Of a stretch of DNA of 64,000 nucleotides, positions 29,153 through 38,729 are shown in pieces. The translations under genes and the position numbers were made by a program. How positions within the stretch are numbered: the stretch's first letter is position 1; each line of letters starts with the position of its first letter. Source of the DNA: a virus. The stretch lies in UHGV virus genome UHGV-0033546, one strand, 5' to 3'. The notes under the pieces were generated by a model. That model made no database searches and had not been told where the DNA came from. It saw only the letters and a program-made list of their open reading frames with translations.

Positions 29153-30154
29153 TTACTTAATTAACTGTAAAGCTTGTTCAAGACGATCCAGGCGATTAAC
29201 AGATTCTTCCCAAATCCTTTTAGCCTGTTCATATTCTTTTTGCGCTTTATTAGAAATTTCTAGAACTTCTTTATAAGCTTTTTCTAGTGCAATAACTTCT
29301 GGACGAATTTCTACTGGTTCAGGCGAATCGTCAAGATTATCCATTAGTTCCTCAAGGGTAGTTTCTTCTTTAGGAGTATTCACAATTTCATCACATTTTT
29401 GTTGGTAAATTTCTTTATCAGTCGGTGAATACGCACACTTTACTTCACGAAGACTAACTACAATTTTATATCCTTCCCAACCGCACATATTCTTAAAAGG
29501 ATAAGTATGAATATTTTCTACTGTTTCCATACATCCAAAAGCTGTCTCTAATTGATGAGTTATAGTGCTAGCAATTGAGAAAAATTTATTAATATTCTTT
29601 TGGTTAGCTTCTGGTGTAAAAAATTCATAATTCACAAAAATAGCTACTTTATTTTTATCAAGCTCGTATTCTTTTACGATAATCATATCAGAAGCTAAAG
29701 GATGAATTTGACGATAATCGCCATAGCATAATTTAGAAGCGGATTTTATAATTTGCTTCTTGAAAAGTCTGAAATTACTAACCCAACGACGAGTAAAAAT
29801 ATTCTCAGGGTCTTCTTTATTATTAAGATGATAAGAATTAACATCACCGAACCAATTATATCCTACTACATTTTTAGTTCGTTTAATTTCTTTCCCAAAT
29901 TTACCAAAAATATCCCGATTAACCAAATATGAAAGAAGACGAGACCCTTTAAAGGTTTCCTTAATATCATCTTTATCTGTATGACTAGAAATTTTACGAA
30001 CTTCATGAATAAATTTACTTGAAGAAACAATACTTACATCAGTATTATTGAGCCACTGATTGATAATAGAAAGAACACTATTCTGACTAGACATAGGTTT
30101 AACTTTATCATCAATAACGCTATTGAATGATTTGATATATTCGTTACGAGTCAT
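29153..30154 (-). CDS. hypothetical protein with C-terminal coiled coil, 333 aa (array member 2)
   Basis: ATG at 30154 with GGAG SD (track ORF starts 30205). Confidence 0.5.
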   Translation of the reverse strand: MTRNEYIKSFNSVIDDKVKPMSSQNSVLSIINQWLNNTDVSIVSSSKFIHEVRKISSHTDKDDIKETFKGSRLLSYLVNRDIFGKFGKEIKRTKNVVGYNWFGDVNSYHLNNKEDPENIFTRRWVSNFRLFKKQIIKSASKLCYGDYRQIHPLASDMIIVKEYELDKNKVAIFVNYEFFTPEANQKNINKFFSIASTITHQLETAFGCMETVENIHTYPFKNMCGWEGYKIVVSLREVKCAYSPTDKEIYQQKCDEIVNTPKEETTLEELMDNLDDSPEPVEIRPEVIALEKAYKEVLEISNKAQKEYEQAKRIWEESVNRLDRLEQALQLIK

Positions 30155-30211
30155 ATTAATCTCCTCAGTAGAAAGTAAGAACATTATACCACATCCTTGT
30201 GGCAAAGTAAA

Positions 30212-31216
30212 CTAGTTTAGTGCATTTAGTGCATTGTTCAGTTTAGAACGTTGTTTTGTCAGATTTTGAACCCTTGACTGTGCTTGTTCTAACACCTTTT
30301 CAGCTTCTAACATTTCATTAGTTGCTTTAACTAATTCATCATCTACTGCTTTAAGAGACTTCTCAATCGCATCGGCGTGCCATTTTTCTACAGGTTTAAA
30401 ATTTGAATTTTCAGTAGGAAGAAAACTCACTTTATTAAGTTTACATGCATCTATGTTACTTGAACTATACATCCAGCATTTAGGATCGTTTGATGAACAG
30501 TTAGTTTGGGGTTCAGGTTTTTTCTCTTGCGGGACTTCGTCCTTTCTCAAAAAATCGTATTTAAATGAAACGATCATATCAAGTTCATATGTTGTTGTGT
30601 CTAATTTAAATCGCTCAAAACGAGGTAAAATCTTAGACTGAACAGCGGCAACAACATCCATATACTTAAATGCTTCTGTCAACTGTGATTTAAGGCATTC
30701 ACAAATTGAAAGAGAATTTTTTGTATTAGGTTTAAAGCTAATTCGTGCAGTTCTATTATTTTCTTTTAATGGTCTTACTTCCATCTGAAGAGTATAACCA
30801 TCAAATTTCAGATTCTTTAAGTTAATATCAGAACCTTTTAATCGACTAGCTGTGGACAAAATTTGTTTTAGTTGTGTACGGAATAGAGCAATAAATCTCC
30901 ATTCAATACGATAATGATTTGGATTGAAAAATCCAGATGATAAATCAACCTTACTCTGACCAACACCTTGAACAAATAGAGGATTTTTATAATCAATAGT
31001 TTTACAGAAATCGGTGAGCTGCTCACGAGCAGTCATTTGTGTAATATACCCCGCTTTACTAAAATGACGTAACCATTCACTGCTATTCATATATTTAAAG
31101 TGAATATCATGATTAACTTTATCAGGGTCTAAATTATTTTGACACAAAAATGTCATAACATCACGAGTATAGCTGGCATTACGAACCATATCTTCAATTT
31201 GAGAACGAGTTTTCAT
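30212..31216 (-). CDS. hypothetical protein with C-terminal coiled coil, 334 aa (array member 3)
   Basis: ATG at 31216; similar length and C-terminal coiled coil. Confidence 0.5.
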   Translation of the reverse strand: MKTRSQIEDMVRNASYTRDVMTFLCQNNLDPDKVNHDIHFKYMNSSEWLRHFSKAGYITQMTAREQLTDFCKTIDYKNPLFVQGVGQSKVDLSSGFFNPNHYRIEWRFIALFRTQLKQILSTASRLKGSDINLKNLKFDGYTLQMEVRPLKENNRTARISFKPNTKNSLSICECLKSQLTEAFKYMDVVAAVQSKILPRFERFKLDTTTYELDMIVSFKYDFLRKDEVPQEKKPEPQTNCSSNDPKCWMYSSSNIDACKLNKVSFLPTENSNFKPVEKWHADAIEKSLKAVDDELVKATNEMLEAEKVLEQAQSRVQNLTKQRSKLNNALNALN

Positions 31217-31224
31217 GGTGTTCC

Positions 31225-31761
31225 TTAAGATTTAAGTAAATCAACAATTTTAATTAACTTTTCACGCTCAGATTTAGCTTTACTACTCAATCCAGATAGT
31301 CTGAAAATTTCATCATCATATTGTTGAATAGAAATATTCAGTTCTTCAATCTGTTTATTAAAATAATCAATTTGTTCAGAGTGTTTTTCGTTACTACGAA
31401 CTGGTACGGGTTTCGTAGGCAATTTAGTTGAACTAGATTCATCCGGGCGATAAATTAAAATACAACTTGAACCAATTGGGCATTTTGCACCAGATGAATA
31501 TTCCAATGTTCCAGATTCTTTTAAAACTTCAAAAGCTAAACAGAGATGATGCCCCATATTAACATAATCTGTAGAGCGAGCTCTGATGTAATAATCATCG
31601 CCACGAATACTAAATTTAAAGCATTTAAGGTCTTCTGTATTATTGGTCTTAAAAATCATTTGCTTATCTAGACCTTTAGCTAATCGAGCGCCTAATGCTA
31701 ATAATCGTCGCTGATTTTCCCACAAATCCGCAATCATTTGATCGAATGACAATTTCGGCAT
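31225..31761 (-). CDS. hypothetical protein with C-terminal coiled coil, 178 aa (array member 4)
   Basis: ATG at 31761 in TGATG overlap with upstream stop (track ORF starts 31830). Confidence 0.45.
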   Translation of the reverse strand: MPKLSFDQMIADLWENQRRLLALGARLAKGLDKQMIFKTNNTEDLKCFKFSIRGDDYYIRARSTDYVNMGHHLCLAFEVLKESGTLEYSSGAKCPIGSSCILIYRPDESSSTKLPTKPVPVRSNEKHSEQIDYFNKQIEELNISIQQYDDEIFRLSGLSSKAKSEREKLIKIVDLLKS

Positions 31762-32111
31762 CAGTCGACCATAAAGATCATAGCCTTTATTATAATTACG
31801 AAGGATTTCACTCGCGTTAATACGAGACAATGCTCCAATTTATTAAGGGCTTTCATAATGCGATTAGATAAACCCATTCCAGACCCATTTGTTCGCTGCA
31901 AATGTTTTTCTAATCCAAATCCAATATCAACTTTAAACTTATCTAAAATTTCTGCATGAACATCTCTGTCAATAACATTCAAATCCAAAGTTGGGTTAAA
32001 TCTATGAAAAAATTTATCTGGCTCTCCACGACGAAGTACAGTCCATTCATTCAATTTTTTATTAACTAAAGATTTAATTACTGCATTGACATTATTAATC
32101 ACTACTGGCAT
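31761..32111 (-). CDS. hypothetical protein, about 116 aa
   Basis: Track ORF 31761..32147; internal ATG at 32111 avoids overlap. Confidence 0.4.
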   Translation of the reverse strand: MPVVINNVNAVIKSLVNKKLNEWTVLRRGEPDKFFHRFNPTLDLNVIDRDVHAEILDKFKVDIGFGLEKHLQRTNGSGMGLSNRIMKALNKLEHCLVLTRVKSFVIIIKAMIFMVD

Positions 32112-32118
32112 ATTTTCC

Positions 32119-32526
32119 TCACTCAATTTCAATTTTACTAAATACATAGAATATGATTGAACAGACTACATAAGCGCCACACACAGATTGAACTAATACC
32201 ATTCCAAAGAACCAAACAATATTATCAAACAGTGTCTGTTTTACGTCGAAAGGACGTAAACTTACAGTAATATTATCGCCTTTTTCTATTGATGAATACA
32301 TCTCTGGTGAAATATATTCGCTAAATCTATAACCGTCTTTTAGTTCATATATGGCAATAAACGATAAACTAGACCCCTTTCCTTGTGTTCCTGTAATGGT
32401 ATTAACTACAGTAACATCATAATCTTTATAATGCATATAATCATTAATAGCATAATAACCATATGCAATCGCTATACATAAACAACATATCAATAAATTC
32501 AATCTTTTAATTATCAACTGTTTCAT
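32119..32526 (-). CDS. membrane protein, 135 aa
   Basis: N-terminal and C-terminal transmembrane helices. Confidence 0.45.
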   Translation of the reverse strand: MKQLIIKRLNLLICCLCIAIAYGYYAINDYMHYKDYDVTVVNTITGTQGKGSSLSFIAIYELKDGYRFSEYISPEMYSSIEKGDNITVSLRPFDVKQTLFDNIVWFFGMVLVQSVCGAYVVCSIIFYVFSKIEIE

Positions 32527-32581
32527 AATAATCTCAATTAAAAGGGCTTAGAACCATTATACCATCCTTGGTATAAAGCGG

Positions 32582-33109
32582 TTATGCGAGTACCGTCTTT
32601 AACCGTTCTTCAAACTTCCGAAGAGTATTTTGGCGTTCAGCTCTTTGCTTTTTGTAAGTTTCAATACGCTCTGAAATGAGAGTGTATCGTTCATTTACTG
32701 ATTCTTTCATAAAATCAGGAATTTCACGAGAAGCTTTAATCTCGTCAAATTTATCAATAACAGCTTGCTCTTCAGCAATTAAATTATCATACATTAAAAT
32801 ATCTTTCTTGATGAACTCAATATCTTCTTGAGTTACACGAGATAATTTAGATGCTTTATCCTTTTTGTACTGTTCGTTAGTATCACGAGACCAGTGTAAT
32901 GTACGATTTTTATTCGTATTTTTGTAAATTTCTACAATACCAATCTCATCAATAATAACGATCCAATTCCAACGTGATTTGTAAATTTGTCCTCCATCAA
33001 CAGTGATTTCACCTCCGATTGAGATGTCATTAAAGAACTTGCTTTGTGCTTCAGATTTAAATTTACCATCATTGTAATTTACCAAGTTGAAAATATCTTT
33101 AGCGTTCAT
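32582..33109 (-). CDS. hypothetical protein, 175 aa
   Basis: Track ORF with early promoter upstream. Confidence 0.5.
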   Translation of the reverse strand: MNAKDIFNLVNYNDGKFKSEAQSKFFNDISIGGEITVDGGQIYKSRWNWIVIIDEIGIVEIYKNTNKNRTLHWSRDTNEQYKKDKASKLSRVTQEDIEFIKKDILMYDNLIAEEQAVIDKFDEIKASREIPDFMKESVNERYTLISERIETYKKQRAERQNTLRKFEERLKTVLA

Positions 33110-33137
33110 TTTCTGTTCCTCCGTAGTTGATAGTTGT

Positions 33138-33166
33138 ATAGTACCACAGAGGAACAGTCTTGTAAA
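33138..33166 (-). promoter_or_regulatory. early-type promoter: -35 TTTACA (33166-33161), spacer 17, -10 TACTAT (33143-33138)
   Basis: Minus-strand reading; about 29 nt upstream of ATG 33109. Confidence 0.45.
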
Positions 33167-33169
33167 CCA

Positions 33170-33484
33170 CTAAAAGAAACTTCTTTCACAATTTTTTCCA
33201 CTGAACCAGGCGCTCACTGCTTTCTTAGTCTCAGGAGCAGTGTTATCCATAAACCATTCAAAGGCAGCCTTTTTATGATTCTGGAGGGCTTCTCGGGCTT
33301 TAATCTGCTCACGGTCTATTAACACTAACACATGAGCCTTTCTTGTCACCATGGGCTTCTTATGATTTTTTGAATACTCCCAGTCATTTGTCCATCGCAT
33401 TGTCGTTGCGAACTGAAATACTGCTTCTTTAATTTTAGTTTCGTAAATTTCACGAGCCTTTGAGTATAACATCACTACCTCCAT
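33170..33484 (-). CDS. hypothetical protein, 104 aa
   Basis: Track ORF. Confidence 0.45.
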   Translation of the reverse strand: MEVVMLYSKAREIYETKIKEAVFQFATTMRWTNDWEYSKNHKKPMVTRKAHVLVLIDREQIKAREALQNHKKAAFEWFMDNTAPETKKAVSAWFSGKNCERSFF

Positions 33485-33573
33485 TCACCAGTTTAATTCT
33501 AGTCATCTTTTTAATGGCAGTCCATATAATCTATTTCTGAACTGCCTTTTTGTCATAGAAGTCCTCTTATGAA

Positions 33574-34542
33574 TTATTTCAGAAGAGTAACCTCAGCGAT
33601 TTCTTCCCAACCGTTTTTGTCGGTCATAATAAAGTCAGCAAGATAAAGAGCAGTACGCAGTGAAACATTGCGTAAACGATTAACATTAACTTTCATCCAT
33701 GATAATGCTTTATAAGTTTCTTCATCAGAAAGACCGCGCTTTTGCATCATGTCAGTTGAAAGAATAACATCTTCAACCCTGACCATAATTTCTTCATTAG
33801 TGTGAACACCCAAATCTAAATAAACCGAGCGGGACACTAATGCTTGTAAATGTGGAGCAAGTTTAGTACCACGGTCTAATTCGCGGTCAATGTCAACGTT
33901 TGTGATAAAAACAATCGTTCCTTTAAATTCAAACTCACGCTCAATGCCTTTTTCTTCTAAGTAAGAAGACGCAGTGCTCCAGCAGACTTTACGGGTCTCT
34001 CCAGTGTCCAGAGCAGCTTTTAGAAGATTAAGAATGTCCATATCAGAGAAAACATCCACATCATCAATCAAAAGGACAGAATTCTCTTCACGATTATTCC
34101 AAAGCTGCTCATAAAGACCAATACCAGAGATTTTACCATTAATGCTTTTATATTCAATGTATCCAATATCATTTGCTTTATTTAAAGCTTTATCTAAAGA
34201 ATACGTTTTACCAATACCTGCCGCTCCTGAGATAATTAATGAACGAATATTTCCGTTAATAATACCATTCGTCATCATTCCCATAACATTAAATCTTTTA
34301 TTAATGCGGGTTTTCATATCTTCATATGATTCTTTAACTTCTTCAACTTTTACACCATCATATGAAATATCTGATTTGTAAACCCAAACACCGCGACGCT
34401 TACCGTCAATTTCAACAAAAACTTTACCATCTCCTTGTGCATCTACCGGAGCATTATCTGGGAACCATTCGCCTAAGAGCTCAAAAGTTCCAGAGATTTC
34501 TTTACCGAAGTAGATACCCTTATTGATAGTTACAGTTTTCAT
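33574..34542 (-). CDS. P-loop AAA-type ATPase, 322 aa
   Basis: Walker A GAAGIGKT and Walker B LLIDDVD; ATG at 34542 with GGAGAA SD (track start 34560 is GTG). Confidence 0.55.
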   Translation of the reverse strand: MKTVTINKGIYFGKEISGTFELLGEWFPDNAPVDAQGDGKVFVEIDGKRRGVWVYKSDISYDGVKVEEVKESYEDMKTRINKRFNVMGMMTNGIINGNIRSLIISGAAGIGKTYSLDKALNKANDIGYIEYKSINGKISGIGLYEQLWNNREENSVLLIDDVDVFSDMDILNLLKAALDTGETRKVCWSTASSYLEEKGIEREFEFKGTIVFITNVDIDRELDRGTKLAPHLQALVSRSVYLDLGVHTNEEIMVRVEDVILSTDMMQKRGLSDEETYKALSWMKVNVNRLRNVSLRTALYLADFIMTDKNGWEEIAEVTLLK

Positions 34543-34578
34543 TTTATTCTCCAATTTCACATTTGTTTTGATAGGGTA

Positions 34579-34607
34579 ATAGTATCACACTACTACCCTA
34601 CTGTAAA
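34579..34607 (-). promoter_or_regulatory. early-type promoter: -35 TTTACA (34607-34602), spacer 17, -10 TACTAT (34584-34579)
   Basis: Minus-strand reading; upstream of the AAA ATPase gene. Confidence 0.45.
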
Positions 34608-34611
34608 CAAT

Positions 34612-34875
34612 TTATTTTAATGTTTGCCAAATTTTTACTGCTTCGCGACGAGATACTTCTACAGCTCCAAGTTCTACGGCTTTTTGGCGTCGCCGAGCAT
34701 GTAAGTCATAATGTTTAATGCGTTTATCTTGAAACCAAGAACGTTTCATTCCTATTGCTTCTGCCATTTTATGAAGCTCTTCAATATCTCCATCAGTGAA
34801 CATATGACAATTTTTAGTTGGATGACCGCGAAGTTTCCATCCATGATTCATTAAAACATCTACGTAAACTGTCAT
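34612..34875 (-). CDS. hypothetical protein, 87 aa
   Basis: Track ORF; ATGA overlap with an upstream 48-aa ORF. Confidence 0.45.
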   Translation of the reverse strand: MTVYVDVLMNHGWKLRGHPTKNCHMFTDGDIEELHKMAEAIGMKRSWFQDKRIKHYDLHARRRQKAVELGAVEVSRREAVKIWQTLK

Positions 34876-35021
34876 TGATTCTGCTCCAAATATGTTTCTA
34901 TAATTTTCTGAGCGAGATAAACTGCGTTATCTTCAGTTGCATCTTCTAAGAAACTTTCAAAACACTCTGAAATTTCTTCTGTGTCAATCAACTTTTTTAC
35001 TTCAATTGGTGTAATTTTCAT
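34874..35021 (-). CDS. hypothetical acidic peptide, 48 aa (below track cutoff)
   Basis: ATG at 35021 about 30 nt downstream of an early promoter; stop overlaps next ATG. Confidence 0.3.
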
Positions 35022-35057
35022 TTTGTTTTCCGTTTATGTGTTTGTTTTGATAGTTGT

Positions 35058-35086
35058 ATAGTACTACAAAGCTCTATGCTTGTAAA
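35058..35086 (-). promoter_or_regulatory. early-type promoter: -35 TTTACA (35086-35081), spacer 17, -10 TACTAT (35063-35058)
   Basis: Minus-strand reading; AT-rich UP element. Confidence 0.45.
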
Positions 35087-35116
35087 CAGTTTTGTGAAAA
35101 ATTTTTGAAATAAAAA

Positions 35117-35136
35117 AGGGAGCCCGAAGGCTCCCT
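35117..35136 (-). terminator. hairpin with UUCG tetraloop immediately after the nucleotidyltransferase-like gene (8-bp stem)
   Basis: + strand AGGGAGCC-CGAA-GGCTCCCT. Confidence 0.45.
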
Positions 35137-35137
35137 A

Positions 35138-36151
35138 TCATTTATAATAACTTCGATGGTTTTCAAGATAGACCTTCTCAAGGAAGTCATCCCAGAAACT
35201 CATGTCTACTTTTTGCTGCATACCGTTCTTAGAAGCTTCAGTAGATGCTGCTTCTACTTGATCGACCACATCTTCCAAAAACTCTTGGACTGTTTTAAAT
35301 GGATGTTTACCCAACTTCACGTCGAGAATAAATGGAGCGTCTTGAAGTGGATAGACTAAGTCACCAGTTTTGTAAATTTCCAATAGTTGAAGTCCACCAC
35401 GACAAGCATGACTCAGAGCTTTCCAATCAATGCCCTCATTCGCTTCAGCCTTACGAGCACGTTCACCGTATTCAGCATCTAGTTTGTTCAAAGATTGCTT
35501 AAGCTCAATAAGAGAAAGTGTTGTCTGATATTTGCGACCCAACACAGTGTAGAACGTTTGTGGACCTGTTTTCTCATGATTATGGAATACCCATTCACAA
35601 AATTCGTTCTCTGGAAGACGATGCTTAATATCTTCAATTTTAACGCGACGTTGTCCTTGTGTTCCATCTTCTCGGTAGACATTCCGTTGATCAGGAATTT
35701 GATTAATTACTTTCAACACATCACGTAATGCAGCCAAACGAGAACCTTTAACACCATATTTAGAAGCTTGCTTACGAACATATCCTAAATAGGACTTCAT
35801 GTTGGTTGTATAAAAACGAGAACGGTTGTCTTGAATAAACTTCCACACATCAGGCAAATCAGATTTAACCACTAGTTCAGGTGGAGTGTGAAGCATATCT
35901 AATGCGACAGTTTCGCCATCTGCTGCTAATTTAAAGAAATACTTAAGACTGTATAGTTCATGGTCAATATCATCTTTAGTGTTTTTAGATGATGTATTGT
36001 TAGTGTTTTTACTCATGTGCTCTTTGACATTTCCGATAAGAATATCACGAGCAGGAGGAACAAAAATTTCTTTAAAATCTACATCAGATTCTGGGGTAGA
36101 AGTTCCATAAAGATGACTACCAAAATAGCTTTTCATTACTGTTTTCATCAT
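35138..36151 (-). CDS. nucleotidyltransferase-fold protein, 337 aa
   Basis: N-terminal hG[GS]x10DxD motif (FGSHLYGTSTPESDVDF) typical of minimal nucleotidyltransferases; C-terminal domain unassigned. Confidence 0.5.
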   Translation of the reverse strand: MMKTVMKSYFGSHLYGTSTPESDVDFKEIFVPPARDILIGNVKEHMSKNTNNTSSKNTKDDIDHELYSLKYFFKLAADGETVALDMLHTPPELVVKSDLPDVWKFIQDNRSRFYTTNMKSYLGYVRKQASKYGVKGSRLAALRDVLKVINQIPDQRNVYREDGTQGQRRVKIEDIKHRLPENEFCEWVFHNHEKTGPQTFYTVLGRKYQTTLSLIELKQSLNKLDAEYGERARKAEANEGIDWKALSHACRGGLQLLEIYKTGDLVYPLQDAPFILDVKLGKHPFKTVQEFLEDVVDQVEAASTEASKNGMQQKVDMSFWDDFLEKVYLENHRSYYK

Positions 36152-36609
36152 TCAGCCTTATATTCAATAACAGGACATACTTTAGCTTTACGAGCTTTTA
36201 AAAATTCGACGATAATCGATTTCTTGGGTTGAATAGGAGGTAAACCTTTAGCCTTCCTATCAATATTTTCTACATGTAAAGCATAATCCTTTTTCCATTT
36301 ATAATCTTTATATTTTTCATGTAGTTGCGCAGGAATAACAAATGAACCTATAATAAGTAAAACAATCAAAAGAGCAAATATAAATGCTGATGGAAGAAGA
36401 GTCCATAAACTACCAAAAATAAGCCAACGCTGTAGGCTTTCTGCACAAATAATTGTTAACCCTACGAGTATAGCACATCCAAAAATAGAAACGAAAAATG
36501 TAGGGATAACAATAGACCAAAAGTATGCACATAGTGTCTTAGGTCGTTTCCATTCGTCGTTAAACAGTTTGAATAATTTATAATGCCAAGAGTTTTCATT
36601 AATAATCAT
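36148..36609 (-). CDS. membrane protein, 153 aa
   Basis: Two to three TM helices; ATGA-coupled upstream of the nucleotidyltransferase-like gene. Confidence 0.5.
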   Translation of the reverse strand: MIINENSWHYKLFKLFNDEWKRPKTLCAYFWSIVIPTFFVSIFGCAILVGLTIICAESLQRWLIFGSLWTLLPSAFIFALLIVLLIIGSFVIPAQLHEKYKDYKWKKDYALHVENIDRKAKGLPPIQPKKSIIVEFLKARKAKVCPVIEYKAE

Positions 36610-36611
36610 AA

Positions 36612-37133
36612 TTATCCTTTCATTGAAGGTGTAACAGTTGTTAAATACTTAATCATAGCTTCAGCTTCTGATTTTGATAATGAAATTTCTCCATTGTTTT
36701 GACGAATAGAAATAAAATCCGGATGACGGTCACCACCAGCTTTTAAAACACACATATAAGTATCAACTTCATCTTCAATATCTGAAATGATTGAAGCAGT
36801 TCCACACGAATGTGGTTTTTGATAAATCAATACAGCTTTTCTTCCACCGTTTGACTGTTCATAAACTTTTAACACATCAAACAAATCACTTCTTTTATCA
36901 ATAGCTAAGATGTTGTTTTCATCTTCAATGTTAAATCCTTCGGATACTTCATAAAGTGTCACCCATAAATCGCCAATATCAATAACAGCGTTCACTTTTC
37001 CATGACTTTCAAGAGCATGACAAATTTTCTTGATTTCGTCATAACTCATTTTAATAATATCATCTCCTTGAATAAGAAAGATGTCATTTTTAAATTCAAC
37101 ACGAATTAAACCACTTCCACTTGAAATAAACAT
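36612..37133 (-). CDS. hypothetical protein, 173 aa (tandem paralog A)
   Basis: Shares N- and C-terminal motifs with the adjacent 183-aa ORF. Confidence 0.5.
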   Translation of the reverse strand: MFISSGSGLIRVEFKNDIFLIQGDDIIKMSYDEIKKICHALESHGKVNAVIDIGDLWVTLYEVSEGFNIEDENNILAIDKRSDLFDVLKVYEQSNGGRKAVLIYQKPHSCGTASIISDIEDEVDTYMCVLKAGGDRHPDFISIRQNNGEISLSKSEAEAMIKYLTTVTPSMKG

Positions 37134-37139
37134 ATTTCC

Positions 37140-37691
37140 TCACTTTGAAATCATAGTTGGAATGACAGAATCAAGATAAGTCTTTAGCGCAATAGCTTCG
37201 TCTTTGGTAAATGTGACAATATGCACTCGAGAATCATCAATTTGACGAACAAGTACAACATCACCATCTTCATAAGAAGTCTTGACATCCAAAGTCGTAG
37301 TATAGTTTGCAGCTACTGGATTAATAATGCTAGCACTGCGGTCTTTAGCCCATTGAAGTTTAGCCTTTTCGGGTGTTTCGACTGTTTCAGATTCCAAGAA
37401 TTCTTTCACCTTGGCAACGAATGTTTCCCAATTGTTGATAGAAATACATGCAAGTTCAGTTTCAATATTACCACCGTGAGAGCCACGATAAAAACGAACT
37501 TGGAGGTCGCCTGTAATAGTTATACTGGTAACTCCTGAGGGAGCATAAGATAAAATCGCAGCCAGTTCCATAGGAAGAATAATAATATTATCGTTTCCCT
37601 GCGTCAGAACGTATACATTACCACGTTTTTCGATAACCAGGTCACCGAATAAATTAGTTGTTTCAATTACAGCTTTCATATTATTCACCAA
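37140..37691 (-). CDS. hypothetical protein, 183 aa (tandem paralog B)
   Basis: Paralog of 36612-37133 (C-terminus TKDEAIALKTYLDSVIPTM versus SKSEAEAMIKYLTTVTPSM). Confidence 0.5.
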   Translation of the reverse strand: MVNNMKAVIETTNLFGDLVIEKRGNVYVLTQGNDNIIILPMELAAILSYAPSGVTSITITGDLQVRFYRGSHGGNIETELACISINNWETFVAKVKEFLESETVETPEKAKLQWAKDRSASIINPVAANYTTTLDVKTSYEDGDVVLVRQIDDSRVHIVTFTKDEAIALKTYLDSVIPTMISK

Positions 37692-37872
37692 TTAAAGTCT
37701 CAATTAATTCTCTTAATTTAAAAGCTTGCTCATTTGTCATTACATACTCCTCTGAATCATATCAATAATGTTGTTCACCAAATTATAAGTAAACATTGGG
37801 TAATTATATTGAATCATCACATACACAACAAGCAAAACTTTCATTCTCTTCTCCTTGGCAGTTGACAAGATT

Positions 37873-37901
37873 ACTATACCATAACCTTGCCAACTTGTAA
37901 A
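37873..37901 (-). promoter_or_regulatory. early-type promoter: -35 TTTACA (37901-37896), spacer 17, -10 TATAGT (37878-37873)
   Basis: Minus-strand reading; upstream of an unlisted 36-aa hydrophobic ORF (ATG 37844, AGGAG SD). Confidence 0.4.
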
Positions 37902-38067
37902 CCATTAAATGACGTTTTCGATAAAATTCTGAAGCTTTGTGTGAGCATCAACCATGATTTTCATTTCTTCCTTTGCGAAAGCTGTACCTCTTTCCCGAGC
38001 AGAATACTCATAGTCAGAAACTGCATTAGCATATTCTTCAATTAGCTTCATTAAAAACATCTGCTTT

Positions 38068-38262
38068 TCAGTTTTCATTATTCCACCTAATCATTTCAAG
38101 ATATTGAACTAACTTAGCTTTGGATTTATCCAAATCCTTTTTAGCAGCTTCTATACCGTCGTATGAATATCCTTCACAATGCTCAACTGCTAATTGGTAT
38201 GAATCTATTTCAATATCACGTGCTAATTTAATGATTTTTTCAAACTGTTCACGTGTCAGCAT
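38068..38262 (-). CDS. hypothetical protein, 64 aa
   Basis: Track ORF. Confidence 0.4.
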   Translation of the reverse strand: MLTREQFEKIIKLARDIEIDSYQLAVEHCEGYSYDGIEAAKKDLDKSKAKLVQYLEMIRWNNEN

Positions 38263-38264
38263 AC

Positions 38265-38504
38265 TTAAACTCTCGTATTATGATCGATAATTTCATCAAG
38301 AAACATATCTAAAGCTTCTACAGCATTATCAACTTTATCTTCAAGTTCATCAATACCTTTATTTGCAATACCTGACGAAAACCAAGCAAAGTCGCTAAGT
38401 TCCTCATCTGCTTTACGAATTAAAGCTACCAATTCTTTAATCTTATCCGCTTGTTCAATGCTAATCATTATTCCACCACGTATGAAAGAGAGAATATTGC
38501 ACAC
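38265..38504 (-). CDS. hypothetical protein, 79 aa
   Basis: Track ORF. Confidence 0.4.
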   Translation of the reverse strand: MCNILSFIRGGIMISIEQADKIKELVALIRKADEELSDFAWFSSGIANKGIDELEDKVDNAVEALDMFLDEIIDHNTRV

Positions 38505-38656
38505 GCCATATGTGTTGCAGCTTCATCACACATATCATAACGTTTCTTAAGAAGTTCTACAAGCTCTTCACTAGTAACTTCATCCATGTCGACGAAAAAA
38601 TCACCATTAATGATGACGTAGATATTTCCTTCTTGATTGAGTGCTTCAATTTTCAT
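38468..38656 (-). CDS. hypothetical acidic protein, about 62 aa
   Basis: ATG at 38656 with GGAG SD (track start 38701 is TTG and would cover the promoter). Confidence 0.4.
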   Translation of the reverse strand: MKIEALNQEGNIYVIINGDFFVDMDEVTSEELVELLKKRYDMCDEAATHMACAIFSLSYVVE

Positions 38657-38684
38657 GATGTTCTCCTCTTTATCTGATAGTTGT

Positions 38685-38713
38685 ATAGTATCACAGCTCA
38701 AATGGAAAGTAAA
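38685..38713 (-). promoter_or_regulatory. early-type promoter: -35 TTTACT (38713-38708), spacer 17, -10 TACTAT (38690-38685)
   Basis: Minus-strand reading. Confidence 0.45.
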
Positions 38714-38729
38714 CCGGTAAAATGAAAAA

